The translations under genes and the position numbers were made by a program. DNA of 55,134 nucleotides from a virus. Its lineage: Duplodnaviria > Heunggongvirae > Uroviricota > Caudoviricetes. The notes beneath the pieces are model-generated. The model was not told where the DNA came from. It did not search any database and saw only the letters and a program-made list of their open reading frames with translations. How positions within the stretch are numbered: position 1 is the first letter of the stretch; every line of letters starts with the position of its first letter. Location: the IMG/VR virus record IMGVR_UViG_2547132035_000002; one strand, written 5' to 3'. Positions 46,716-55,134 of this stretch are shown piece after piece.

Positions 46716-47471
46716 ATGAAATCATCCATAAATAATCCTTATCCAATAACTGATTATAATAATATTTTTAAATATTTAGGAAGGACTGATAATCCAGTGT
46801 CACAGGGAATTCTTATAAAGAATAAAAAATATAGTATCTTATCTTCAGAAAGTTTAATGCAAAAACTAAAATATGATTCTATAAATGATAAATGGATAAG
46901 TGTAGATTTATTCTTTCATCAGAAAGTCTTTTATGATAAAGCAAAGAAAATGATTTGGTGCATTACAGGATTTGACATATATGATGAAATTAATATAAGA
47001 ATTAAAAATCTTACTGTTAATAATCTGGAACGACTGGAGAAAGAGCTGAAAGAATTACAGAAATATATCTCCAGATACTTACAAGAAGCTCAGTGGTGCA
47101 ATGATTTTTTAGATGTAAAAATATTATTAAGTCTTTCAATTAACAATCAAATATATAATTGCTTAATAACATGTTCATCAAATTCTGATATGAAATTTAA
47201 TCAGACAGTATTTCTTTATGATTTTCCATTATCATTATCTATCGGCTCATATGCTGACCAGACAAAGTTAATGATAGATAATCCATCTGAAGCTGATAAT
47301 AAATCCATCCTGCTACAAAGAGCAGAAAATTATATTAGTGACATCATTCAAATAGACACACAAATATTAAAATTTGGTTTTCCAGTTGTTGGTGGAGATA
47401 TATATTCAATTGTACTGGATAAAAATGGGAACATTGAAACTTATATTAATGGAATAAATACCAACTTTTAA
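46716..47471 (+). CDS. divergent Ntn paralog 6, no N-terminal nucleophile pattern
   Basis: KVFYDK..MIWCITG and PVVGGDIYSIVLDKNGNIETYING match paralogs 4 and 5. Confidence 0.55.
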   Translation: MKSSINNPYPITDYNNIFKYLGRTDNPVSQGILIKNKKYSILSSESLMQKLKYDSINDKWISVDLFFHQKVFYDKAKKMIWCITGFDIYDEINIRIKNLTVNNLERLEKELKELQKYISRYLQEAQWCNDFLDVKILLSLSINNQIYNCLITCSSNSDMKFNQTVFLYDFPLSLSIGSYADQTKLMIDNPSEADNKSILLQRAENYISDIIQIDTQILKFGFPVVGGDIYSIVLDKNGNIETYINGINTNF

Positions 47472-47626
47472 TCATGAAATAGCCTTGCTATTATAATCAT
47501 TTCTATATGCATGATGAAGAAGGAATGGTCATATATAATGCTTTAGTGAATACAAAATACTATGAAGAGGCTCTTAAAATTCCAGGATTTGAAGATTTTC
47601 CCCAAGGAATGAAAAATAGAGAATAG

Positions 47627-48493
47627 GTGCGAATTATGAAAAAATATACAGCAGTCGGTGCGATAGAAACACAAAACAAAATAATTGAAAATATGATGAA
47701 ACCGTATCAGTGTATGTTAAACAACTATGTTAATTCGTTTGCTGATGATATTCGTATAGGTACTGCAAACTTATTTAGTTCTTCTATTTCACAAGTAACT
47801 CAAAGTGCTTTTCAGCTAATGGAAACGCAGTCTGTAAGAGAAAGAATACTGCAGACAACTCATGACTTTCTCATAACAGGAATTTCAAGTTTAATTCCTC
47901 AATTAACTTCTATATCATCACAACTAGAAAATAATACGATGAGTGGGCAAATAGAGCAGTTAATAAATATAGTGAATTCATTATCTTTAAATGCTGAATT
48001 GAAAGAACTTTATAATCAAGTCTCATTTTCTGATATTCAGGAATTGATTGAAGAAGAATATTTATCTGAGGAATTTGTACTGAATCAGGAAAAGATTAAT
48101 AGATTATCGGATGATAATAAAAAGAAAATCACTCATAAGCTTCACTCATTATGGGTATTTGTTACTGTACTTCAATGCATTTTTGGTTTTCTTGATTCAG
48201 ATACAATGAATTATCTTACAAAAGAGGTTCCTATTATCAATCAGCTTTATGGTATCATTCATAATGATAATTCAAATATAACAGCAAATGGCTACATAAC
48301 AAAAGATACAGAGGTTTATTCTTATTCCTCAAATAATGCAGATATATGTGGTTATATTAAATATGGGTTACCTTTTGAGGTGATTGAATACCATAGCGGG
48401 TGGTTAAAAATAAGATACAAGAATACTCTAGACGAAATGAAAGAAGGATGGATAATAGAAGATAAGGCCGTTTGGAGTTTTATCAATGAATAG
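47627..48493 (+). CDS. protein with C-terminal SH3-like domain
   Basis: GYITKDTEVY...GYIKYG.PFEVIEYHSGWLKIRY...EGWI. Confidence 0.65.
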   Translation: MRIMKKYTAVGAIETQNKIIENMMKPYQCMLNNYVNSFADDIRIGTANLFSSSISQVTQSAFQLMETQSVRERILQTTHDFLITGISSLIPQLTSISSQLENNTMSGQIEQLINIVNSLSLNAELKELYNQVSFSDIQELIEEEYLSEEFVLNQEKINRLSDDNKKKITHKLHSLWVFVTVLQCIFGFLDSDTMNYLTKEVPIINQLYGIIHNDNSNITANGYITKDTEVYSYSSNNADICGYIKYGLPFEVIEYHSGWLKIRYKNTLDEMKEGWIIEDKAVWSFINE

Positions 48494-48607
48494 TTTTATT
48501 TAACTTTTTTTTGGTGGATGCTTAAGTATTTTTTGTCGAAAGATAATTTTCAATTGATTATTTTGTAATAAACTCTTATAATAAGAGTAAAGGGGGCGTG
48601 ATATTGG

Positions 48608-49291
48608 ATGAAAAACCCTGAGGATATCATAAATAAAATACAGCAGGCCAAAATAGATACAAGATATGTTTTAGATGGTGAAGTTCCTGTAAGAGGGGTA
48701 AAAAGAGTTCTGGGGGTATGGCTAATAAGTTATATTATAGCAAGTCTTATTATTTATTTTTCAACTCAGTATTTTATGTCACTTTACATAACAGATGGTT
48801 TTGATGGATTTGAAATAACTCGACTGATAACATTGGCTTTATTCACAGTTGTTATTGCAATTTATTATATATGCTTACTAAGAACAAGTATGACAATGAA
48901 GGAAAAGGATTTCTTAAAAGTATTTTCTATTTTTATAGTTCTTTTCTCATTATTAAGAATGCTGTTTCCTCTATCATATTATATGAATTTTACTGTTCTT
49001 TTACAGCTATACAATACTTTCCCATTTGATATTGTTATAAATATGATTGCACTTATTTTTCTATTTAATTATCTTAAGGATAAGACTGCTTTTATAAGTA
49101 TAGGGATGAATATTATTTTTGTTGCACTTATGACATATGTTTTTAGCATAATAATGAACAGTTCTGAATTATCAGGTACATTATTATCTTTAAATGATAT
49201 GTTAGTAGTACTAAGAGATAATGGGATTATTATAATTGTTTCTTTATTTACTATTATTTTATCAATGAAACATAGAAAGGTGGAGATATAA
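48608..49291 (+). CDS. multi-pass membrane protein
   Basis: About six hydrophobic helices. Confidence 0.8.
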   Translation: MKNPEDIINKIQQAKIDTRYVLDGEVPVRGVKRVLGVWLISYIIASLIIYFSTQYFMSLYITDGFDGFEITRLITLALFTVVIAIYYICLLRTSMTMKEKDFLKVFSIFIVLFSLLRMLFPLSYYMNFTVLLQLYNTFPFDIVINMIALIFLFNYLKDKTAFISIGMNIIFVALMTYVFSIIMNSSELSGTLLSLNDMLVVLRDNGIIIIVSLFTIILSMKHRKVEI

Positions 49292-49692
49292 TGGTTGAAA
49301 AAAATATTGCAAGTGTCCCTGATGTTTTTAACTCTGCTATACGTATTCAAATGCTAGCTAGTTTATCGGTCTCACCAATGAGTTATGCTAATCTTAAGAA
49401 GGTCTGTCAGTGTTCTGATGGGACTATGAGTCATAATACAAAGAAATTAAAAGAAGAAGGATACATTATTGATGTGAAATTTCATGTTAGTAAAGAAAAT
49501 AGAGATGCAGCTAGGATTTTAAGTGGTAGTAAAATAATTCCTAGAACTTTCTATGAAATCACAGATTTAGGGTTGCAAGAGTATAAAAATTTTATTAATT
49601 TGATACTTAAGGAATATAACAAGCAACAGATTACAGAAATGCAGGAAAAGGGAGAAAAGAATTATGAAAAAGATTTGCGTATTGCTGACTAG
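49291..49692 (+). CDS. winged-helix transcriptional regulator (ArsR/HTH_34-like)
   Basis: IRIQMLASL...Y.NLK....SDGTMSH..KKL.EEGYI...TFYEITDLG. Confidence 0.8.
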   Translation: MVEKNIASVPDVFNSAIRIQMLASLSVSPMSYANLKKVCQCSDGTMSHNTKKLKEEGYIIDVKFHVSKENRDAARILSGSKIIPRTFYEITDLGLQEYKNFINLILKEYNKQQITEMQEKGEKNYEKDLRIAD

Positions 49693-50251
49693 TTTTTTGA
49701 TTGTTTGCTTATTTACATTTAATGTAAAAGCTTTGGAGACTCCAAACTTGAGCAACTATGAAAATGCTTTAGCAGAAATCAATAAAGAATATCATACTCA
49801 TTTTATGATTTTAACGGAAGAACAGTATAAGACTGAGAATTACCAGTCTATATATAAAAAAACATATGATGAATATATTCAAAATATCTTAGATACTGAT
49901 GTTGAAATCTTTAAGAGTGAATTTATTAAAGCTATTTCTTATAATGACAATGCCGAAGTACAAATCAACACAAATGCAAGGTCAACTTTTGGAACAAAAT
50001 CTGTTAATTTCTATGAAAATAAAAATAGAATGACACTTTCATATAAATACAACGGAAGAACCTTTGATACAAGCTACAAGCCATCTGCTACTGTGCAGCG
50101 ATTAAATTCCAGTGTCTTCTTTCTTATGAGAAGTTATACAGGTTCATTTAAGAACTCAAACAGAACATATAGTGTTATAGCAAGTGGAGAAATTGTGACA
50201 GGATTTGGTGTTCAAAAAGGGCATAAATTTACAGTGAATTTTAATTTATAG
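49664..50251 (+). CDS. secreted protein of unknown function
   Basis: Signal peptide MKKICVLLTSFLIVCLFTFNVKA. Confidence 0.75.
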   Translation: MKKICVLLTSFLIVCLFTFNVKALETPNLSNYENALAEINKEYHTHFMILTEEQYKTENYQSIYKKTYDEYIQNILDTDVEIFKSEFIKAISYNDNAEVQINTNARSTFGTKSVNFYENKNRMTLSYKYNGRTFDTSYKPSATVQRLNSSVFFLMRSYTGSFKNSNRTYSVIASGEIVTGFGVQKGHKFTVNFNL

Positions 50252-50281
50252 AAGACTGAAAATTTGTTTCAGTCTTTTTTT
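50252..50281 (+). terminator. intrinsic terminator
   Basis: aagactgaaa/tttcagtctt plus T-tract. Confidence 0.8.
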
Positions 50282-50312
50282 CGTCAATGATAAGCACATA
50301 TATATAAATATA

Positions 50313-50380
50313 TGATAAAATAGATATGTAATTATATACGAGGCAGGGCTATCTTTATGAGGATGTAGCCCTTTTGTTAT
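50313..50380 (+). promoter_or_regulatory. cassette head 22
   Basis: TGaTAAAAT, TGTAATTATATACGA, stem agggcta/tagccct, TTTTGTTAT. Confidence 0.8.
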
Positions 50381-50409
50381 CTCTTAATGAAATGGGGAGG
50401 AGGAAAATC

Positions 50410-50646
50410 TTGAAACTCAATCAATTATTCCAAAAAAAAGAATTCATAGTTGTAAATATATGCTCAACTGATAAAGAAATGCTTATGTCCTTAAGAGAAT
50501 GGGTTGCTACCCCTAGCTGGGAAAGAGAAAAATACATTTATGTAAAAAAGCTAAAAGCCAGAAGAATAAAGCTGCTTTTACCAACTATTGAAGACTATTA
50601 CTCAATTAAGGAAGAACTGTTAAGAAAAGATGGATATTTAAATTAA
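50410..50646 (+). CDS. hypothetical protein
   Basis: GGAGGAGG RBS before TTG 50410. Confidence 0.65.
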   Translation: MKLNQLFQKKEFIVVNICSTDKEMLMSLREWVATPSWEREKYIYVKKLKARRIKLLLPTIEDYYSIKEELLRKDGYLN

Positions 50647-50687
50647 TGCATTTTCATAATTATATGGAGCATTCCCAAAGAATATAT

Positions 50688-50715
50688 ACGAAAAAAGAGA
50701 CTTAAGGTCTCTTTT
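50688..50715. terminator. promoterless ACGA-tagged bidirectional terminator
   Basis: TATATACGA then aaaagagac/gtctctttt. Confidence 0.75.
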
Positions 50716-50721
50716 ATTGCT

Positions 50722-51087
50722 CTAAACAAATATTTGATTCTGATAATTGACAATGATATCAAAAGTCTCCTTGAATGTCATTTTATCCATCTTCTGTATC
50801 AGTTCCTTTTTTCTGTCTTCTATGTCTTCGTCACTTAATGTAAATATATGCTTCTTTCCTGATAAGATATTTAGTGATTTAGGCTCAGCATTTTCAATGT
50901 TTTCATATTCATTAAAGTCCTGGATACCAAACCCTAAATATTCCGAATAAAAACTAAAAGCAACTTGACCATTACTAAATTTATGTAAGTATAATGACAA
51001 CATAAGACATATATGACTATCTTCAATCATTTTTGTATGAATTAATCTCAGTTGATTTGACAATCTATCCCTCCGCATATTTTGCAT
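50722..51087 (-). CDS. hypothetical protein
   Basis: 121-aa ORF ending at the shared terminator. Confidence 0.65.
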   Translation of the reverse strand: MQNMRRDRLSNQLRLIHTKMIEDSHICLMLSLYLHKFSNGQVAFSFYSEYLGFGIQDFNEYENIENAEPKSLNILSGKKHIFTLSDEDIEDRKKELIQKMDKMTFKETFDIIVNYQNQIFV

Positions 51088-51233
51088 AATTCATTATACC
51101 ATAATTCTAAATAAAAACATCTTAATTTAGTAAAATACTTAATTTATTATGTTATATTGCTAAATAATATGATATAATATCACTGTGTCTTAACTGACAA
51201 TGACTACATTTATAAAATAGAAAGGATGATATT

Positions 51234-51557
51234 ATGCCAATTGATACAGATATATCAAGACGATTAAAAGAGTATCGAAACTTCAAACATCTCACACAAA
51301 AAGAAGTCGCAAATATACTTCACATTCCGCACTCTGCAGTTTCAGATTTTGAAAATGGAAAAAGAGAAATCACAGTAAGTGAACTGAGTTTGCTTTCACA
51401 ATTATATGGAAGAAATATTGAAGAAATTATCAATGGCAAGAAATATGATTATTACAATATTGCAAATATTGCTCGTTTGTTGACAGAGCTTCCTAATGAA
51501 GACATAAAGGAAGTTATGCACCTTATTGAATACAAACGAAAAAGAATTCAAGGGTAA
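51234..51557 (+). CDS. XRE family HTH regulator
   Basis: RLKEYR...LTQKEVANILHIPHSAVSDFENGKREI. Confidence 0.9.
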   Translation: MPIDTDISRRLKEYRNFKHLTQKEVANILHIPHSAVSDFENGKREITVSELSLLSQLYGRNIEEIINGKKYDYYNIANIARLLTELPNEDIKEVMHLIEYKRKRIQG

Positions 51558-51596
51558 TTATCATAATTTATTATCTTTTCATAGGAGGAGGTAATA

Positions 51597-53252
51597 ATGC
51601 AGAAAAAGAATATAAGGATAAACTCAACTCCAAAAAGACTATGTATTCTCAATTATGAGGAATCTCAGAATATTTTTGGAGTTTTTTCTAATGCGGATTT
51701 AGAGGAGAGATATAAGACTTTGGTTAATCGCTGTGAATTAAGAGGTATTCATTTCGAACCACAGATAAAAGAGCGGTTTGTTGATATTTCACTGTTAAAA
51801 GAATTGGATGAGCAGTGTCAGTTATTTAAATCTGTTTTTTACTGGTTCAAGGATATCTATTTTGGTATAAGAATATCCAATTCTTCTCATTCTTTTTCAA
51901 CTCCCAAATTTATAGATGAAATGGAATATCCTATTGATGAATATACTTTGGTCTTTAACGATACTCCTGATTCACCATATGATTTGAACTCATACACAAA
52001 CTTTACAAATATCTATGAGTATCCTCAAAGAATCTTTAAGGTAAATGAGAACTTTCTTAGAGCAAATATAACTCGCATGATAGATATAGAAGTTCTTATG
52101 GCTGCTGGATATATCAGAGGTGGGGGAGATGAAGAGGATAAATCCTATGATAGATTATTGGAGGATTGCTTAGAAGGGAAACTCCAAAATGATTATTTTG
52201 AAATGGCTAGTCATGCATATCGCAATTATATTGAAGTCAAGAGATATATTGATTCTCAAAATTATGCGGATTCCAAGTTAAACAAGCTGGAGAACGAGTA
52301 CCTCATTATTAAAAATCAGCGTTTTAAGGGAAGTTATTTCAATCGAAGTGATTTTATCATTGATAGACTCATCTTAACTAAAAATGGCATTTTTGTTTGC
52401 AGTCTTATGAATTATGGAAAAAAGGGACAAACCTTACATATTACAAGCGACGGAAAGTGGATTTTACTTGATAATGATAAGAATAATCCTCAAGAATCAG
52501 ACTTGGCCATAGAAACATCTATTATTGAAGATTGTGCTCTGAATTGTATTGCTATCAAGCAAATATTAAGAAATGCATTTCACTCACTTTCAGATAATTT
52601 TCAGATTTATCCACTTATTCTGATTGCTAATGATGAGGTTTGCGTCCAAAACGATACAAATCATAATATTATTAGGGGTGGGGATATTTATGCAGCATTG
52701 GAAAGTAAAATAAAATCAATAGAACCTCAGCAACTACAAGATATTGCAAATGAAATTGTTAAATTTGAGATATCGCCAGAAAAGATTTCTTTGCCATTTT
52801 ATACACAGGAACTTAAAAGTATATATTCGGTCTACCAAGAGATATATTATGACCATTTGTATATTCTTTCGAGAATAACGGACATGCTCTGGGAGATAAA
52901 AAAAGCAGATTACTATTCTTCACAAATCAGATATAGAAAAATAACAACTTTTATTTTCTCATTGGGTTCTGTTGCGTGTCTCTTAAGAATTTTAATAGGA
53001 AATATTATAAACCCATATTTTGCTGAATCCTATACAACTCCAACTCTATGGATGTTTCTTATGCTTGTCTTTATTAGTGCTGGTCTATATGAATATCACA
53101 ATCTCTTATCATGGAAAGAGGGCAGAGATAAAGGTGAATGTTATGAGGTTAAGAGAGAATATTTTCTTTTTGGAGGATTTATTCCACATATCGCTGTGTC
53201 ATTGATTCTCACATTTTTGATAAAGTTTATACTCTTGAGATTTACTATGTAG
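51597..53252 (+). CDS. NERD-like domain protein with C-terminal TM helices
   Basis: IDRLILTKNGIFVCSLMNY resembles NERD ID...T..GIFVIE.KNY; three C-terminal hydrophobic segments. Confidence 0.6.
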   Translation: MQKKNIRINSTPKRLCILNYEESQNIFGVFSNADLEERYKTLVNRCELRGIHFEPQIKERFVDISLLKELDEQCQLFKSVFYWFKDIYFGIRISNSSHSFSTPKFIDEMEYPIDEYTLVFNDTPDSPYDLNSYTNFTNIYEYPQRIFKVNENFLRANITRMIDIEVLMAAGYIRGGGDEEDKSYDRLLEDCLEGKLQNDYFEMASHAYRNYIEVKRYIDSQNYADSKLNKLENEYLIIKNQRFKGSYFNRSDFIIDRLILTKNGIFVCSLMNYGKKGQTLHITSDGKWILLDNDKNNPQESDLAIETSIIEDCALNCIAIKQILRNAFHSLSDNFQIYPLILIANDEVCVQNDTNHNIIRGGDIYAALESKIKSIEPQQLQDIANEIVKFEISPEKISLPFYTQELKSIYSVYQEIYYDHLYILSRITDMLWEIKKADYYSSQIRYRKITTFIFSLGSVACLLRILIGNIINPYFAESYTTPTLWMFLMLVFISAGLYEYHNLLSWKEGRDKGECYEVKREYFLFGGFIPHIAVSLILTFLIKFILLRFTM

Positions 53253-53518
53253 TTTCCAAAATTTGAAACTATTTATATCACAAGAGTAATGAGTTTAAAT
53301 ATGAAATATGATATACTTAATATATAAAGAAAAGATAAAAAAGCAGGTGAACTTCTTCATGGATTTACCTCTTTTTTTACCTCTCAAATGCTTTTTCTCA
53401 TATTTATATATTAAAACAAGGAGGGATTTTTATCATAAATACAACCAATTGCATCTATCAAAGCCATGAACAGTTTCTTAATTCTTTACAAAACCCACCA
53501 ACACTCTCTCAATTTTTT

Positions 53519-53752
53519 ATGAGCATTGAAACACTTATTCACAATGGGGAATACAGCTATTCAAATTCCCTTTCTCTCTTTCAAAACATATTTCCAAAAA
53601 CAAAGACACCCAAAGGCGTAAGACATATTATTCGTATCAAATATGGAGATGATATCTTGGCTGAAACTATTTATAATCTTCTTATATCTTCACAAAAGAT
53701 TGATTGCCTATTTTTGCAGAAAATCGATAATATTATATATCCATTCCTATAG
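53519..53752 (+). pseudogene. possible degenerate TnpV-like remnant
   Basis: NGEYSY...GVRH...IYNLLISSQK resembles TnpV GDY.IP...GQRH...Y.NLLTSG. Confidence 0.3.
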
Positions 53753-53798
53753 AAAAAGACTGCTCATAGCAGTCTTTTCAATTTATAGATTATATAGA

Positions 53799-54410
53799 TT
53801 AAGTCCATTCCTGGATAACTATCTTATTTTCATGCTTCATACAATTCTTTTTGCATCTTAATATAATCTGTTCAATCTGTGAAGAATAGTGTCCAGAAAA
53901 TATTGTAATCACTTTATGAATATCAGAATTTGTTATTTTCACATCTTGAATTTGTTCATCAATAAATAGATTGATTTTAGCAATCTCAGATTGTGAGGGA
54001 TTTTTTAACAAGACTGACACAATTAGCGTTTTATCAGATTCCATTAACCCCATGACAATTTTAACATATTCTTTTCCTGTTAGGATATTTTCAATTGTTA
54101 AGGGAGTATTGAGAGTGTCTTTTATTGGAATTGGCCTTTGATACTCTAAAACTGCACTCTTTTTTCGTATAATTTCATCATTCTCATAATAATAGAAAGC
54201 AGGTGAATTGTAGCAATCATTGTTATAATAGGTATTTATCTGATTCTCAATAGAATTATGGAATATGATAGCATTAGATAAAACCATTGGATTACATAAA
54301 TCAAAACTCACTAAAATACCTCCTAGGATAGTAAGTACCCTATAGCATAGACATAACATATATAACTTCGTATAATATGCGTTATGTGAAAAATGTGTAA
54401 TCATTAACAT
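53799..54410 (-). CDS. hypothetical protein
   Basis: 203-aa ORF; true start probably the GTG after GGAGG. Confidence 0.65.
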   Translation of the reverse strand: MLMITHFSHNAYYTKLYMLCLCYRVLTILGGILVSFDLCNPMVLSNAIIFHNSIENQINTYYNNDCYNSPAFYYYENDEIIRKKSAVLEYQRPIPIKDTLNTPLTIENILTGKEYVKIVMGLMESDKTLIVSVLLKNPSQSEIAKINLFIDEQIQDVKITNSDIHKVITIFSGHYSSQIEQIILRCKKNCMKHENKIVIQEWT

Positions 54411-54499
54411 CTCTTTTTTTAATTATACCACAAATTTCTTTAGTACCTTGCCAATTGTAAAACCAAATAAAAAGAGGCTTATTGCCTCACTTTTATTTG

Positions 54500-54673
54500 C
54501 TATGCTCCAGGTAATGATGGAATAAAGTTACTAAAATTGCCTATCCATTCTTTAATAGTATCTAAAACTGTTTTGACAATACCTGAATCCTGATTGCCTA
54601 AGAACACAAATAGTATTGCAGCACATGCAATAACCAAAATAATTCCAATATTCTCTTCAAAAAACTGTTTCAT
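54500..54673 (-). CDS. small Flp/Tad pilin-like protein (57 aa, not in ORF track)
   Basis: MKQFFEENIGIILVIACAAILFVFLGNQDSGIVKTVLDTIKEWIGNFSNFIPSLPGA; GAGGA RBS; followed by a hairpin. Confidence 0.55.
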   Translation of the reverse strand: MKQFFEENIGIILVIACAAILFVFLGNQDSGIVKTVLDTIKEWIGNFSNFIPSLPGA

Positions 54674-54795
54674 TAAATCCTCATAAGTTTGTATTCCATT
54701 CTTATATTGTCATTTGATAAACCTTTTGCATTTTGATAGATGCACAACTATATTTATATATAACTTTTCATATGTAATTATATCACTTTTTTACC

Positions 54796-55134
54796 TTATC
54801 TAGCAAAACCAGTGATAGTTCTATAATCTCTATCTTCTATTAAAGGCAGTGGAGTTATCTTATACTTTAAAACTACTTTCATATCCTTTCTATCATCATA
54901 GACAGATACAGTTTTGACCTCTAATATCCATTCTGGATGCTGATTTGGTGCTGATTCAATAAGTTCATTAATAACTGACTCATCAAAATGAGAAGCTTGA
55001 ATTCTTTCTATTGCATTTGCATGAAATTCACGAGCCTGTGTAATTTCTAAATTAGCTGAAATCATACAGCTTCCAACAACAGCTATCATAGTAAGTAATA
55101 TAATCAATATCATATCTTCAAATACTTGCTTCAT
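54796..55134 (-). CDS. TadE-like pseudopilin
   Basis: MKQVFED + hydrophobic helix + AREFHANAIERI; C-terminal V.LKYKI.LP.I. Confidence 0.5.
   Translation of the reverse strand: MKQVFEDMILIILLTMIAVVGSCMISANLEITQAREFHANAIERIQASHFDESVINELIESAPNQHPEWILEVKTVSVYDDRKDMKVVLKYKITPLPLIEDRDYRTITGFAR

Noticed and set aside
516-50380. Repeated heads as a CRISPR array
   Set aside because: Copies are non-identical, separated by whole genes at irregular 0.6-13 kb spacing, and no cas genes are present.
1436-51087. Short shadow ORFs overlapping real genes (e.g. 1436..1630, 4380..4613, 18871..19188, 38367..38612, 50747..50950)
   Set aside because: They overlap better-supported genes, lack an RBS, and have the composition expected of antisense AT-rich DNA.
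1-55134. tRNA, rRNA, tmRNA, IS transposase or reverse transcriptase/DGR
   Set aside because: No cloverleaf, rRNA-like GC-rich tract, DDE/HUH transposase or YxDD motif was recognised by eye; tRNAscan and HMM searches were not run.

Overview
AT-rich (visually under 30% GC), densely coding, mostly + strand accessory region of a large Bacillota mobile element (conjugative megaplasmid/ICE or large phage). A gut Erysipelotrichia-type host is inferred from the FtsL-like and surface genes. It holds about 90 mostly small ORFs: a LAGLIDADG endonuclease, TA and anti-defence-type genes (Panacea, Phd/RelE, DUF3990, Fic, NADAR, RadC/JAB), a tyrosine recombinase, a Toprim primase, NlpC/P60, a KAP NTPase and Tad/Flp-like pilins at the right edge. 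No rRNA, tRNA or CRISPR array was seen. Two structures stand out. (1) About 22 copies of a gene-cassette head (extended -10 promoter, GTAA-N-WACGA, hairpin, T-tract, TTGT, RBS) plus 6-7 promoterless ACGA+terminator copies. In several copies the ACGA arm co-varies with the arm after the T-tract. (2) Six paralogous proteasome-beta/Ntn-fold genes (S/T1, D17, K33 in five), each preceded by a hairpin-CTGGAG motif. In five of them this motif serves an in-frame upstream start codon, and four of the genes cluster behind the KAP NTPase. All functional calls are by motif recognition; no database searches were run.
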